Assembly: GCA_028534125.1 (NCBI GenBank)
Contig: CM052817.1
Span: forward strand, 79,734,001-79,798,000
Length of the DNA: 64,000 nt
DNA from: Lama glama
Lineage: Eukaryota
Reading direction: 5' to 3'
The notes beneath the pieces were generated by a model. It had not been told where the DNA came from. It did not search any database and worked only from the letters and a program-made list of their open reading frames with translations. Both the position numbers and the translations under genes were made by a program. Positions 1 to 12,734 of the stretch are shown here, piece by piece (the first letter of the stretch is position 1; every line of letters begins with the position of its first letter).

Positions 1-790
1 ATGGAAGCCTTTGCTAAACATATCTTAGTATTTTTCTGCAAGTTGGTGTTTCTGATGCTAATTTAAGTAGTATCATTTTGTATATTTTATTTTCTATTTA
101 TTTGTTGCTGGTATATAGGCATACAGTGACCTTTTAAGATTGGCTTTATAGCCAGTGACCTTCTTAAATTAATTGAGTTAATGTTTAGAGCTTTTTGGTT
201 TTTCTTCATACACAATTATGTCATATGTGAATAACAAAAAATTTATTCAGTCCCAATATTTATTATCTAATTTCATTTTCTTTTTTTCCCCACTGGCTAT
301 GATTTTCCAGTTCAATGTGAATTGAAGTTGTGAGTAGTGTCCTTGTCTCATGTAGCATTGTCATGTTGGTGCCTATATCTTTTGATGTAGGCAATTCCTA
401 TAGTCTATATCCCAATAGTCTTTGTTGGCTTTCTTTCTTTCTCTTATGACAAATGTTCTTGCCTCATCTTGTGCATTTGTTGCCCCAGTCATGGACTTGG
501 CCATTTCTCTCAAGAAGCCTCATTTCTTTTCATGGAAAGTCATGTTTAGAAACCATAATCTGGATGCTAAGGGTACCTATTCCTGAGTTGGTTTTTTTTC
601 CTTAGGCCTTTCTAGAGAAAAGAGCTTGGAAATAATTATATTAATTTAAGATAAAATAATATATTTAGTTCACATTGATAGTTCCATTTCACATTCAGGT
701 CTACTGGGTTTTTAGTTTAAACTCTTAAATCTTACATTTGAATCTAGTTTCTCTCACACTAAAATCTTGATTCCTATTGATACAACACAA
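1..790 (-). mobile_element. Old L1 fragments (ORF2 piece and L1MC-like segment) that appear to resume at ~8040-8190
   Basis: T-rich antisense L1 motifs (ttgttgctggtatatag, ccttgtct; gccatttctctcaagaagcc...tttagaaaccataatctgg). Confidence 0.6.
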
Positions 791-1249
791 TTTCTTACTT
801 ACTTAAAAAATTTATTTTTATTGAAGTATAATTGATGTATAGTATTACATGTTACATGTGTAAAATACGATGAGTCACAATTTGTAAGGGTTATGCTCCA
901 CTTATAGTTATTATACAATATATGGCTACATTCTCTGTGTTATATACTATGTCCTTGAAGCTTATTTTATACATAATAGTTGTGTCTCTTAATCCCCTAC
1001 CTCTGTATTGCCCCTCCCCCACTTCCCTCTCCCCACTGGTAACCACTAGTTTGTTCTCTGTATCTATGAGTCTCCTTTTTTGTTTTATTTCCTAGTTTGT
1101 TTTATTTTTTAGACTCCACATATAAGTGATATTATACAGTTTTTGTCTTTTTCTGACTTATTTCACTTAACATAGTACCTTCCAGATCTGTCCATGTTAT
1201 TACAAATAGCAAATATCATTCTTTTTTATTGCTGAGTAATATTCCATTT

Positions 1250-1283
<34 letters not shown>

Positions 1284-1311
1284 TATATATATATATATAT
1301 GTATATATATA
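1250..1311. repeat. Interrupted (TA)n microsatellite
   Basis: Seen directly. Confidence 0.95.
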
Positions 1312-2647
1312 CCACATCTTCTTTATCCATTCATCTATTGATGGACATTTAGGTTGCTTCTGTATCTTGGCAATTGTAAATAATACTACTGTGAACATTG
1401 GGGGGGGTGTATGTTTTTTGAATTAGTATTTTTGTGTTTTTTTCATATATATACACAAGAGTGGCATTTGGGTGCATACCTCCAAACTGTTTTCTGTAGT
1501 GGCTGCACCAATTTACATTCCCATCAACAGTTTTATGAGGGTTCTCTTTTCTCAACATCCTCACCAACATTTTGTTAATTGTCTTCTTTTTGATGATAGC
1601 CATTTTGACAAGTGTGGGATAATAGCACATTGTGGTTATGATTTGCATTTCCCTGATGATTAGCAATGTTGAGCATCTTTTCATGTGTCTGTTGGCCATG
1701 TGCATATTCTCTTTAGAAAAAATGTCTGTTTAGTTCTTCTGCTCATTTTTTAGTTGGGTGGTTTGTTTTTTTGATGTTGAGTTGAATGAGCTGTTAATAG
1801 ATTTTGGATATTAACACTTTATCAGTCATATCATTTGCAAATATTTTCTCCCATTATGTAGATTGTCTTTTCATTTTGTAAATCATTTCCTCTGGTGTGA
1901 AAAAGCTTTTGAGTTTAATTAGGTCTCATTTGTTTAATTTTCCTTTTATTTCCTTTACTTAGGGAGGCAGATTCAAAATAAAAATTACTACAGTGTACAT
2001 TAGAGAGTGTTCTACCTGTGTTTTTCCTGTAGTTTTATGGTTTCTGGTCTTACATTTAGTTCTTTATCCCATTTTGAGTTTATTTTTGTATATGATGTTA
2101 GAGAATGTTCTAGTTTCATTCTTTTCCATGTAGCTGTCGAGTTTTCCCAACAGTTTGTTGAAGAGACTATTTTTTTCTCCATTGTGTATTGTTTCCTTCT
2201 TTGTCACAGGTTAGCCATTAAGTTGTGGGTTAATTTTTAGGCTCTTTGTCCTGTTCCATTGATCTATATGTCTTTTTTGTGTGTGTCTGTACCATACTGT
2301 TTTGATGACTGTAGCTTTGTAGTATGAAGTCAAGGAGTGTGACTCCTCCAACCTGTTCTTTCTCAAGATTGTTTTGGCTCTTTGGGGTCTTTTGTAAAGT
2401 TTCTATAAACATTTTAAAATTGTTTCTTCTGTGAAAAATGCCATTGGTATTTTGATAGAGATTGCACTGAATCTGCAGATTGCCTTGGGTATTATGTTCA
2501 TTTTAACAATACTAATTCTTCCAGTCCAAGAACATAGTATATCTTTCCATCTGTTTGTGTCACCTTCAGTTTCTTTCATCAGTGTCTCATAGCTTTCCAA
2601 ATACAGGTCTTTCACCTCTTTAAGTTTATTCCTAGATATCTTATTCT

Positions 2648-2785
2648 GGGTTTTTTTTTACATTATTTTTTTGTTGAGTTATAGTCAGTTTACAATGTTG
2701 TGTCAATTTCCAATGTAGAGCACAATTTTTCAGTTATACATGAACATACATATATTCATTGTCACATTCTTTTTCACTGTGAGCT
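2648..2785 (-). mobile_element. Younger 5'-truncated L1 3' end nested in ORF2 of the large L1
   Basis: Poly-T, then gtcagtttacaatgttgtgtcaatttc motif shared with 58787-58813; 15-bp TSD tagatat[c/a]ttattct at 2633-2647 and 2786-2800. Confidence 0.88.
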
Positions 2786-5231
2786 TAGATATATTATTCT
2801 TTTTGATGCAAATAATAAGTGGGATTGTTTCCTTAATTTTTCTTTCTGATAGTTTCATGATACTGTATAGAAATGCAATCAATTTCTGTAAATTAACTTT
2901 GTATCCTGCAACTTGGCTGAAATCATTGATGAGCTCTAGTAGTTTTCTGGTCGTGTCTTTAGGATTTTCTATGTGTAGTATCATTTCACCTGCAAGCAGT
3001 GAGTTTTGCTGCTTCTTTTCTAATTTGGAAAATTTTTATTTCTTGTCTAATTGCTGTTGCTAGGAGTTCCAATACTATATTGAATAAAAGTAGCAAGAGT
3101 GAGCATCCTTGTTTTGTTCCTGATCTCAAAGGAAATGCTTTCAGCTTTTCACTGTTGTGTTGTTGGCTATGGGTTTGTCTTAAATGGCCTTTATTATGTT
3201 GAGGTATGTCCCATCTACACTCATAATGTTGAGAGTGTGTGTTATAAATGTATATTGAATTTTGTCAAAAAGGGTTTTTTGAAGCTATTGTGATGATGAT
3301 ATTTTTATTCTTCAATTTGTTAATGTAGTGTATCACATGGATTGATTTGTGGATATTGAACCATCCTTGTATCCCTGTTAAAATCCCATTTGATCAAGGT
3401 GTATGATCCTTTTAATATACTGTTTGATTCAGTTTGCTGATATTTTGTTGAGGTTTTTTGCATCCATGTTCATTAGTGATTCTGGCCTGTAATTTCCTTT
3501 TTTTTTTTTGAGATATATTTGGTTTTGTTATCAGGGTGATGCTGGCCTCATAGAATGAGTTCAGAAGTGTTCCTTCCTCTCCAGTTTTTCAGAATAGCTT
3601 GAGAAGGATAGCTGTTAACTCTTATCTAAATTTTTGGTAGAATTCACTTCTGAAGTCATCTGTTCCTGGACTTTTGCCTGTTGGGAGGTTTTAAATGACT
3701 GATTCAGTTTCATTACTGGTAGTTAGTCTATTTATATTTTCTGTTTCTGCCTGGTTCAGTCTTGAGAGATTGTACATTTCCAAGAATTTGTCCATTTCTT
3801 CTAGATTGTCCTTTTTATTGGCATTTAGTTGTTTGTGGTAGTCCCTTATGATCTTTTGTATTTCTGTCATGTTGGTTGTAACTTCTTTTTATTTCTGATT
3901 TTATTGATTTGGGCCATCTCCCCTTTTTTCTTGGTGAGTCTGGTTAAAGGATTGTCAATTTTGTTTATCTGTTCAGAGAGCCAGCTTTTCGTTTCATTGA
4001 TCTTTTCTCTTTTTTTCTTAGTCTCTATTTCATTCATTTCTGGCTTCTTTCCTTCTACTAACTTTGAATTTTGGTCATTCTTCTTTCTTTACTTCTTTTA
4101 GGTATAAGTTTAGATTGTTTATTTGAGATTTTTCTTGTTTCCTGATGTAAGCTTGTATCACTGTAAACTTCCTTCTTATAACTGCTTAAGCTGCATCCTA
4201 TGGGATGTAAACCTATGGGTTTTGGATCATGTTTTTGTTTTCATTTGTATCTAGGTATTTTTTTATTTCCTCTTTAATTTCTTCAGTGGCCTATTTGTTG
4301 TTTAGTAGCATAATGTTTAACCTTGATGTGTGTGTGTTTTTTGCAGCTTCTTGTAGTTGATTTCTAGTTTCATAGCATTATGGTCGGAAAAGATGTTTGA
4401 TATAATTTCAGTTTCTTAAATTTACTTATGCTTGTTTTTTGGCTTAGCATGTGATCTGTTTTGGAAATGTCCATGTGCACTTGAAAGAATATGTATTCTG
4501 CTGCTTTTAGATGGGATGTTCTGTTTACATATATTAAATCCATTTGGTCTAATGTCATTTAAGACCAGTGTTTGCTTATTGATTTTCTGTCTGAATGATC
4601 TGTCCATTGATGTAAGAGAGGTGTTAAAATCTCCTACTATTATTGTGACACTGTTAATTTCTCCTTTTATATTTGTTAGTATTTGCTTTATGTATTTAAG
4701 TGCTCCCAGTTAGGATGGATATGTATTTACAATTGTTATACCTTCTTCTTGGATAGATCCCTTGATCATTATTTAGTGTCCTTCTTTATCACCTGTGATA
4801 GTCTTATATTATAAAGTAAATTTTGTCTGATAGAAGTACTGCTACCCTGGCTTCCTTTTGATTTCTATTTTCTTTCACAAAATGCCGTTTTCTATCACTT
4901 TCAGTCTGTAGTGTGTATCTTTAGATCTGAAGTGAATCTCCTGTAAGCAGCATATAAACAGGTCTTATTTTGTATTCATTCAGCCACTCTATGTCTTTTG
5001 ATTGGTACATTTAGCCCATTTATACTTACAGTAATTATTGATATGTGTGTTCTTACTGCCATTTTGTTAATTGTTTTGCGGTTGTTTTACGGACCTTTTT
5101 TTCCTTTTTTCTTTTGTTTTCTTCTTTTATGATTTTATGTCTAGTGTTATCTTTGGATTCCTTTTTCTTTTTGTGTATGTGTATCTATTATAGATTTTTG
5201 GTTTGTGGTTACCATGAGGCTTTTTCTAGTA

Positions 5232-5234
<3 letters not shown>

Positions 5235-5267
<33 letters not shown>
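5235..5267. repeat. (TG)n microsatellite in the L1 inter-ORF region
   Basis: Seen directly. Confidence 0.95.
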
Positions 5268-5270
<3 letters not shown>

Positions 5271-8200
5271 TATTTTAAGTTGCTGTCTCTTAATTTCAAG
5301 TGCATTTTAATAACCATGCATTTGTCCTCTCCTCCCATCACAATTATTATTTTTATATCACATTTTTATATCTAATTGTTTTGTATATCCCTTAACTGCT
5401 TATTGTGGATATAGATGATTTTACTACTTTTGTCTTCTAACTTGCTTACTAGCTTTGTGTGTGGGTGATTTCCTACTTTTACTGTATGTTTGCCTTTACT
5501 GATTAGCTTTTTCATTTCTTAATTTTCATGTTTCTAGTTGTGGCCGTTTCTTTTTCACTTACAGAAGTTCCTTTAACATTTCTTGTAAAGCTGGTTTGAT
5601 GGTGCTGAATTCTTTTAGCTTTTTCTTTTCTATAAAGCTTTTGATCTATCGAATCTGAATAAGAGCCTTGCCAGGTTAAGAGCCTTATAGTGTCTTTCCT
5701 TTCATCACTTTAAATATATCATGCCCCTCCCTTCTGGCCGGCAGAGTTTCTGTTGAAGTCAGCATAGCCTTGTGGGAGTTTCCTTATGTATTATTTGTTG
5801 CTTTTTCCTTGGTCCTTTTCATATTTTGTCTTCATCTTAAATTTTAACATTTTAATTACAGTGTGTCTTGGTGTGTTCCTCTGAGTTAATACTGTAACAG
5901 ACTCTGTGCTTTCTGGACTTGGATGTCTGTTTCCTTTCCTAAGGCAGGGAAGTTTTCAGCTATTAAGTCTTTAAATATGTTGTTAGCATCTTTCTCTCTT
6001 CTCTTTTTGGGACCCCTACAGTGCAAATATTGGCATGCCTGATGTTGTCCCAGAGGTCTCTTAAACTGTCCTTATTTTTTTTTCATTCTTTTTTTCTATT
6101 CAGCATCAGTAGTTTCTGCTACTCTGTCTTCTATTTTGCTGATCCATTCTTCTGTATCATTTAGTCTACTATTGATTCCTTCTAATGTAGTTTTCTTTTC
6201 AATTATTGTATTTTTCATCTCTGGTGGTTCTTTATATTTTCTAACTTTGTTGAAAACTTCTAACTTCTCACTCTGTATATCTATTCTTCTCTCAAGTTCT
6301 TTGATCATCTTTATGATGACTACACTGAACTCTTTCTTGAGTAGGTTACCTAACCCCACTTCACTTAGTTCTTCTTCTGGGCTTTTATCTTGTTCCTTCA
6401 TCTGGAACATGTTCCTCTGTCACCTCATTTTGCCTAAGTTGCTATTTGTATTTTTATATATCTTGTAGGTTAGTTATGTTTCCTGACCTTGGAGAAGTCT
6501 ATATGAGTTCCAGCAATACACTCCCCTCCCATCACTTGAACTATATGCTCTAGGGCTTCCCCTTGTGAAGGCTGCATAGGTCCTTCTGTTTTGTCAGGCT
6601 GACCATGTGAGCAGTCTTTAGGCTAGGTTGGTCCCCAGTCCAGTTGTTTGCCAAGTCCTGCCTTGTAGACAGGCTGCCGGCTGCTGGTTGGTGGAGCTGG
6701 GTCACAGGTATCTGACTGCAGAACCGCAGATAGCCTCAAGGATAGCACTGGCTCACTGTTTGGCAGAGTTAGGGACCAGGAGACTCCAGGGCTGTTGCCT
6801 TCCCACCAGTGGGTGAAGCCAGGCGCTGGGGTTAACGCTGGACTACTGGCAGGCAGAGTCAGGTCCTGGAGTCTGGTTGCAGGGCGTAGGGTCCCAGTGC
6901 TGCTATCATATTGCTGGTGGTGGGGACCCGTTCCTGACACAGTATGGTGTCCAGGGTGTCCCAAACCTTACGCTGGCCTGCTAGTGGGCAGGGCTATTGC
7001 CCAGATGGTCCCAGGGTAGGGTCTGACCTGCTGACGGGCAGGCTGGGTCCATAGCCTGTGGGACTGTAATTGTCTTAAGTCTGATGTCTGCCTCCTGGTA
7101 GGTGAGGCTGGTCCAGAGGCTACAGCAGTCTTCCTGGCACCAGGGCTGGGACCCAGGGGATTCTGGTGCTGGTGCCTTCCCACTGGTAGATGGAGCTGGG
7201 TCCTGGGCCCTCTGGTGGCCAGAGCTATGACCAGAGGCAGCTGTGATCTCAGGAGGTCTTAAGGCAACCTATCTGCTGAAGGGTGGGGCTGTGTCCCTGC
7301 CCAGTTAGCTGCTTGGCCTAAAGCATCCCACTGGCACCTATAGGTTTTTGGATCAGGGCAGGGCTGGATCCTGGGGGCTAATGTAGTTGGATGACTCTAC
7401 AATGTTGCCCACCAGTACTAATGTCCATGTGTTAGAAGGAGCTCCCAAGAATGGCTGCCACCAGTGTCTGTGTGCCCAAGTTGAGGTGCAGTTGCCTTCT
7501 GACTCTCCAAGAGACTCCAACAGCAGCAAGTAGGTCTGACCCAAGCTAATAACAAATTAATACTTTCGCCTTTTGTTCTGGAGTGTGTGATTTTGTGTGT
7601 GCCCTTTAAGAGTGAAATCTCTATTTCTCTTGATCCTCTGGAACTCCCAGAATTAAATCCCACTATCCTTCAAAGCCACATGCTTTGGGGGCTCATCTTC
7701 CTTCTGCAGGAGTCCTGGGTTTGGGGTATTTGACATGGGGCTCAGACCTCTCATTCCTGTGGGCAAACTTCTGCAGTGTGATTATTCTTCAGCTTGTGGG
7801 TTGCCCACTGGGGGAATGGGACTTTGTCACAAATCCACCCCTTCTGCCGATCTTTTTTGTGGTTTCTTCTTTATGTCTTAGTTTTAGAAGATCTTTTCTG
7901 GTAAGTTCCAGTCTTTTTCATTGATGGTTGTTCTGCAAATAGTTGTGATGTTCGTTTGCTTGTGAGAGGAGACAGGTGAGCTCAGGGTCTTTGTGCTCTG
8001 CCATCTTGACAGATCTTGTTCTTTCTTTTATTTACTTTTTTCCACTACACACAGGCAATAGTCTCAAAATAACAATACCATCACTACCATCAATATTATG
8101 ATTTACTCAATTTAAAATTGTTTTCTTCCGTAAAATATATCCTACCAGATATGTACAGATTAATGTGTTTTAAAGTAACTTAAAATAACTTCTTCCTGAC

Positions 8201-10479
8201 AATGTGTGTGTGCATGTGCACTCTCTGTTTTTACACACACAGACACACACATACATAAATACAATATATTTGTATGTAGGTAATTTAAATAGACATAGAG
8301 AAGTCAAGAATAGAGTCTGATTTGTCTGAAAAGATTTGAAATTTTAACATACATTTTTATGGTGTTAGTAAGATTATCAAGTGGAGATATTCAGCAGTTG
8401 AAATACAGTGACAAACACCTTGAAAATATTTTGGAGTACAGGTAAAAAATTAGGAATTACTTGCAAAGAGGTAATTAAGTTGTGAGAGAAGATGTTTGCT
8501 TCTTCTTAGGGAGTATAAAAGGAAGAACACTAGGGATAGAATCTGAAGGGACACATATTTTGAATTTGGAAAAATAAGAGAAGACATGGAGTTATTTGAC
8601 AGGTAGATAAAGAGTGAGGATATCAGAAAGAGGAATTTCAAGGATAGAATAAGCATTTTCAAGTGCTACAAAGGGTCAATGAGAATGATGACTGGATTTG
8701 GCAACCAGAAGTCCACCAGTAACTGAAACAGCTATTCCCAAACCTGGTTACTTAGTAGAGACACCACTCCAGGTTATCTTGATTCAGCAAAATTGAGAAC
8801 AGGCCCCAAATCTACATTTTAACAAGTTATTACGCTTTGAAAAACACTATCCTACAGAATGAAAAGTTGGTGATATTAGAGGTAAAGTTGGCCAGAGTCA
8901 GGGAATTAATGGGAGGTGAGAATTTGGGAAGAAATTCTGTTCTTTAAACAGCTGGATTATGAGAATAATATGGCTTTAGGAAGGTGGGGTTTTTTGTTTC
9001 TTTGCTTATAAGATTGGGGATATTTCATCAATGTTCATGAACTTCTAGTGGAGCCTCCTAATGTAATGTTTATGGCTTGTTTGAGGGGATGGTAGATACT
9101 AGGTTAAAGAATTGGCACAGCTGTGGTTGGGTCAGATCTGCTTAAGGAATCATGGGTGGTGTGAATGCATTACTGAAACGGCCCAAGCCAAAATAAAGGA
9201 AAAGAAAAGAGGGAAATTGAGTAGATGTAAAGAAATTTCATTGAAGGGGCAGATTATGAGAGAACAGGAGATTGTGTCAGTATTTTCAAAGTTTGAATTC
9301 TTAGAAATTTAACTCTGGCCTTTATTTTGTCATGGACTCCTCACCCTCAGTCTAACTCAGTTATTAGGAGAAATAGTACAGTAGGTAAAATATTGGCATA
9401 AGTGATGACTTACACAGGGAGATTTAGGGTTCAGTCTATTCAGCTTTTGAGGGGTCTGTGTGGGCCCAGAGACAGCTAGAGGCCTGGACAGTCGGCTCTG
9501 TCCTTAGGCAGCCTGTTATTTACCCCCATGTTCAGTAATTCTAGTTTTGTATCTTTGTCATGGTATGAAAAGTTAAGAAAGCAGTGTTCTAAACTGTTGA
9601 ATAAAAAATGTATTGATCATGCATTAAGGCATTGCCTATAGAGGTAGAGCAGACATTAAATTGTATCTGTTATAGGAACTTAAAAAGTTTTAGTTGGGAG
9701 GTATTTAGATAATTACATTTCATTTTCCACATAAGGTGAAGTGACGTGACAGCATTATTTTATGGAAGCTTTAGATGATCTAATTTATGAAAAAATAATT
9801 TAAGGAAAATCTGTATATGAAATATGTACAAATAACTTTAAAATATTGACTGGGACTGGATATGAATGTTGTTAGGCTTCATAATAACAGTTAATGAAGG
9901 ATCATGGTTACTTTCAAATGCAAGTTTATTGTCTTTGAGAATGAGCTGAAATTGATTGTTCCTAGATAAAGGTAACTGTTCTTTGATGTGAGAAAGGAGA
10001 AAGAATATTGTTAAGTAAACAGGAAGCATGAGAATTTCCTCTTTAGAAATCTTTTGATCCTGAAACCATCCTATAAATTAAGTTGACTTAAACTACAACT
10101 TACTACTCTGTCACTTCTTGTGTTATAATAGATGTCAAAAATAATTGATTTTGTTTAATAGTCTCAGTAGTACCAAAGGAACATCTTGACTACCAAAACA
10201 GTATTTGTTCCTGGAAATAACATACATGTTTCTGTTGTTAAAAATTCTGCTGAGCCTGAATTCCCTTTCTTTATGGTACTTTAAATCTGGATTATTTTCT
10301 TAGAAACTATAATTTTTATTAGTTACATGATGATAGAGGTTAAAAAGGTCTACTACTCCTGGAAAGTTGGTATTACCATTTAAAACTTTTAAATTAATTA
10401 TTTATTGAGAGTTGTAGTTTCAGTTGTTCTACGTGTTTTAATGTTATGTTTGTCTGTTAGAGTTTTGATCTTGATCGTC

Positions 10480-12150
10480 CAGGCAACCTTTTTTTTTTCT
10501 AATAGCTGCCAGTAGTTGACAGTGCCTGAGACCAGTTAGTATCCCAAAGGGGAAGATTTCAGCACCTAGAATCTAGGCTGATTGGAAGCCAGACCCTCAA
10601 GAAGTAGCTTTTAAAGTATGCAAATATATATAGTCCTAGTGGGGCTTAGGACCACAAGCCTACAAGCCTAAGCCCCACAGCCTTCAAGAGCCAGATAATC
10701 TGGAGGTATCCCCAGAGCAGCATTCACAAAAATCAAGACTCCAGATGAGTGTATGAGCTCCTTTTTGGGAGATACTGTTGAGCTGTAACAAGGCAGAGGG
10801 AAAGTGCAAAAATGGTGTCCCCTGGCCTGTGTTCCCTGAGAGCACATTCATACCCTCTAGATGGTGTGCCAAACCTGAAGCCTGCCCTTAAAGCCAAAGC
10901 TCCAGGACTAGCACTTAGGCCTCTTTCACAGAAAACCTGGGGTTATATGTAAGTCAGCTGTGTGGTTCCCTGGAGGATGATAGCTTCTATGTTAGTCCCA
11001 TGATATCCAAGAATGCAAGTCCCCCTGGCCTCTAGAGCTAGGCAATCAAGGGATATCCCACGGTCAGCAGCTACAAAAGCCAGAGAATCAGAGAAGGTTA
11101 TGAGTTCTTTCTATAAGATACCAGTGAGCTGAAGTGAGACAGAGAGCACAAAGATTGCATCCACCTGTTGGTGTCCCCCGAATGCACCTCTGTAGGTCTT
11201 ACAGAGTCTCTTAGGTCCCTATATATGTGTCAGACTAGAAACCTGCCCCTCAGACCACATCTGGACAAGGAAATAGACCTCTTTAACAAAAAGACTGGTG
11301 GTGTGTTTCAGTATGCAACTTGTGCAGTGCCCTGGGAATGACAGACTTCCAAGAACTGTCTCTCTGCTTGTTATAGCCCCATCAGACCCAGGAATGCAAG
11401 CCCTTGGTCTCTGGAGCCAGGTTATCAAGGGGCATCCCCTGGGTGGCTGCCACAAAAACTAAGTCACCAAGTATAAAAAACCAGAACACCAGATGTGTGT
11501 AGAAGCTCCCCTCCAGGAGATACCAGCATTCTGAAGCACAGCAGAGGAAGTGTGAGTACAAAGATGGTGTCCTCTGGCTTTAGCAAAGTGGAACAAAAGC
11601 AGAAAGATGGCACCCACCAGCGTCAGTTCCTAGAGAGTATCCCATCAGGCCCCTGCTCCTGAGCCCAGTGCTTTAAAATTAGGAAATGAATCTCTTTTAT
11701 ATAAAGTCTAGGTTCTTTTCAAATGACTGCTTCTACACTGGCTGTGGAGCAGGTCAGCCTGTGCACAATCCCTTTAAGAGCTGTCCCCATTGGTCCTCAA
11801 AGCCAAATATTTGGAGGGCTTATTTCTCAGGTGCTGATCGTAAAAGCTGAAATGTCCAATGTGTGGCATAAGCCCTCTGCTGCTCAGTGAGAAAGTCCAG
11901 GTTTTGAGTTTCCTCCTTGTTTGGATCACCTCACAGTGGGTGGGGTTTATGGTGAGATTGTGTCTTAGCCTTTCCTATCCTCTTTGATGTGATATCCCTC
12001 TCATTTGCCCAATGTGAGGGGACAAACTTGTTTTTGCTGGTTTTTAGTTTTGTTTTCAGAGGAAATTGTTTAGTATATAGCTGTAGATTAGGTGTGTCCC
12101 TGGGAGGAGGTGAGTTCAGGAATTTTTACTTCACCATCTTGAATTGGAGC
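10480..12150 (-). mobile_element. Isolated L1 5'UTR fragment with internal ~380-bp repeat
   Basis: Terminus ggaggaggtgagttcagg...ccatcttg (12103-12141) parallels the 5' end of the large L1 (7975-8008); gaatgcaag...tcaaggg..atccc unit repeated near 11010 and 11390. Confidence 0.75.
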
Positions 12151-12734
12151 CTCTCCACTCAGTCTTTATCCAAATTCTTCCTATTTTAAGGACAGTTTCA
12201 AAATAAATTTTCCATGAAATTTTCTCTGAAACCTAGTTTTAAATATCATTCATATCTCTGAACTCTCACATATCCCATTCCTCCATTAACACATTTTTAC
12301 TTTTTATCACTGTCACTAAATTGTAAATATATTCATTTTTTACTTACTGCCTCCTGAGCAGTGACTTTCCTATAGTAATTAGTTAATAAATATTTACTTA
12401 TTGAAAAGTTACCAAGTTTTTACATTTTTCCCCAAGAAAGATAGAGATGTGTGTAGGCATATCTAGAAACAGCTTAATTTACTACTATAGAAATTTGGAA
12501 TGTCTCTGGGTCCCTTAGATATAGATGTTACAGATGAACTATCTGATCACTTACTGCTAGAATTTTAATGACTACACCTCCTGTATACTGCACTTACTAA
12601 GGTGACTTGTACTTTTAAAAGCTAAGAACTTTCTGAATTAAGAAAGTATATGACACCAAGTTGAATGTGTTTTTTTTTACTTAAAAAAAAAGAACCTAAA
12701 AACAATTGTTTTCTCTCAGAATTTTAAAAACCTT

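Larger units (their letters stand above)
805..8020 (-). mobile_element. Near full-length decayed LINE-1 (5'UTR, ORF1, ORF2, 3'UTR)
   Basis: ORF1 remnant 6096-6410 (MFQMKEQDKSPEEEL...KEFSVVIIKMIKEL); ORF2 remnants 4370-4607 (endonuclease), 2730-2984 (ENPKDTTRKLLELIN...VAGYK), 2403-2615, 1349-1705 (HMKRCS); YY1-type CAAGATGGC at 8008-8000; frameshifted and disrupted. Confidence 0.95.

Noticed and set aside
1349..6468. ORFs resembling reverse transcriptase, endonuclease or membrane proteins
   Set aside because: Broken L1 ORF1/ORF2 remnants, or their T-rich antisense frames that mimic hydrophobic peptides
6500..8010. GC-rich region with several ORFs as a gene or CpG-island promoter
   Set aside because: CpG-depleted and contiguous with L1 ORF1; it is the L1 5'UTR
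9298..10216. Isolated GAS motifs TTCTTAGAA and TTCCTGGAA
   Set aside because: Single 9-mers are expected by chance in 64 kb of AT-rich DNA
8200..10400. Possible terminal ADAD1 exons
   Set aside because: No recognisable ADAD1 peptide or exon structure; the gene presumably lies left of the window
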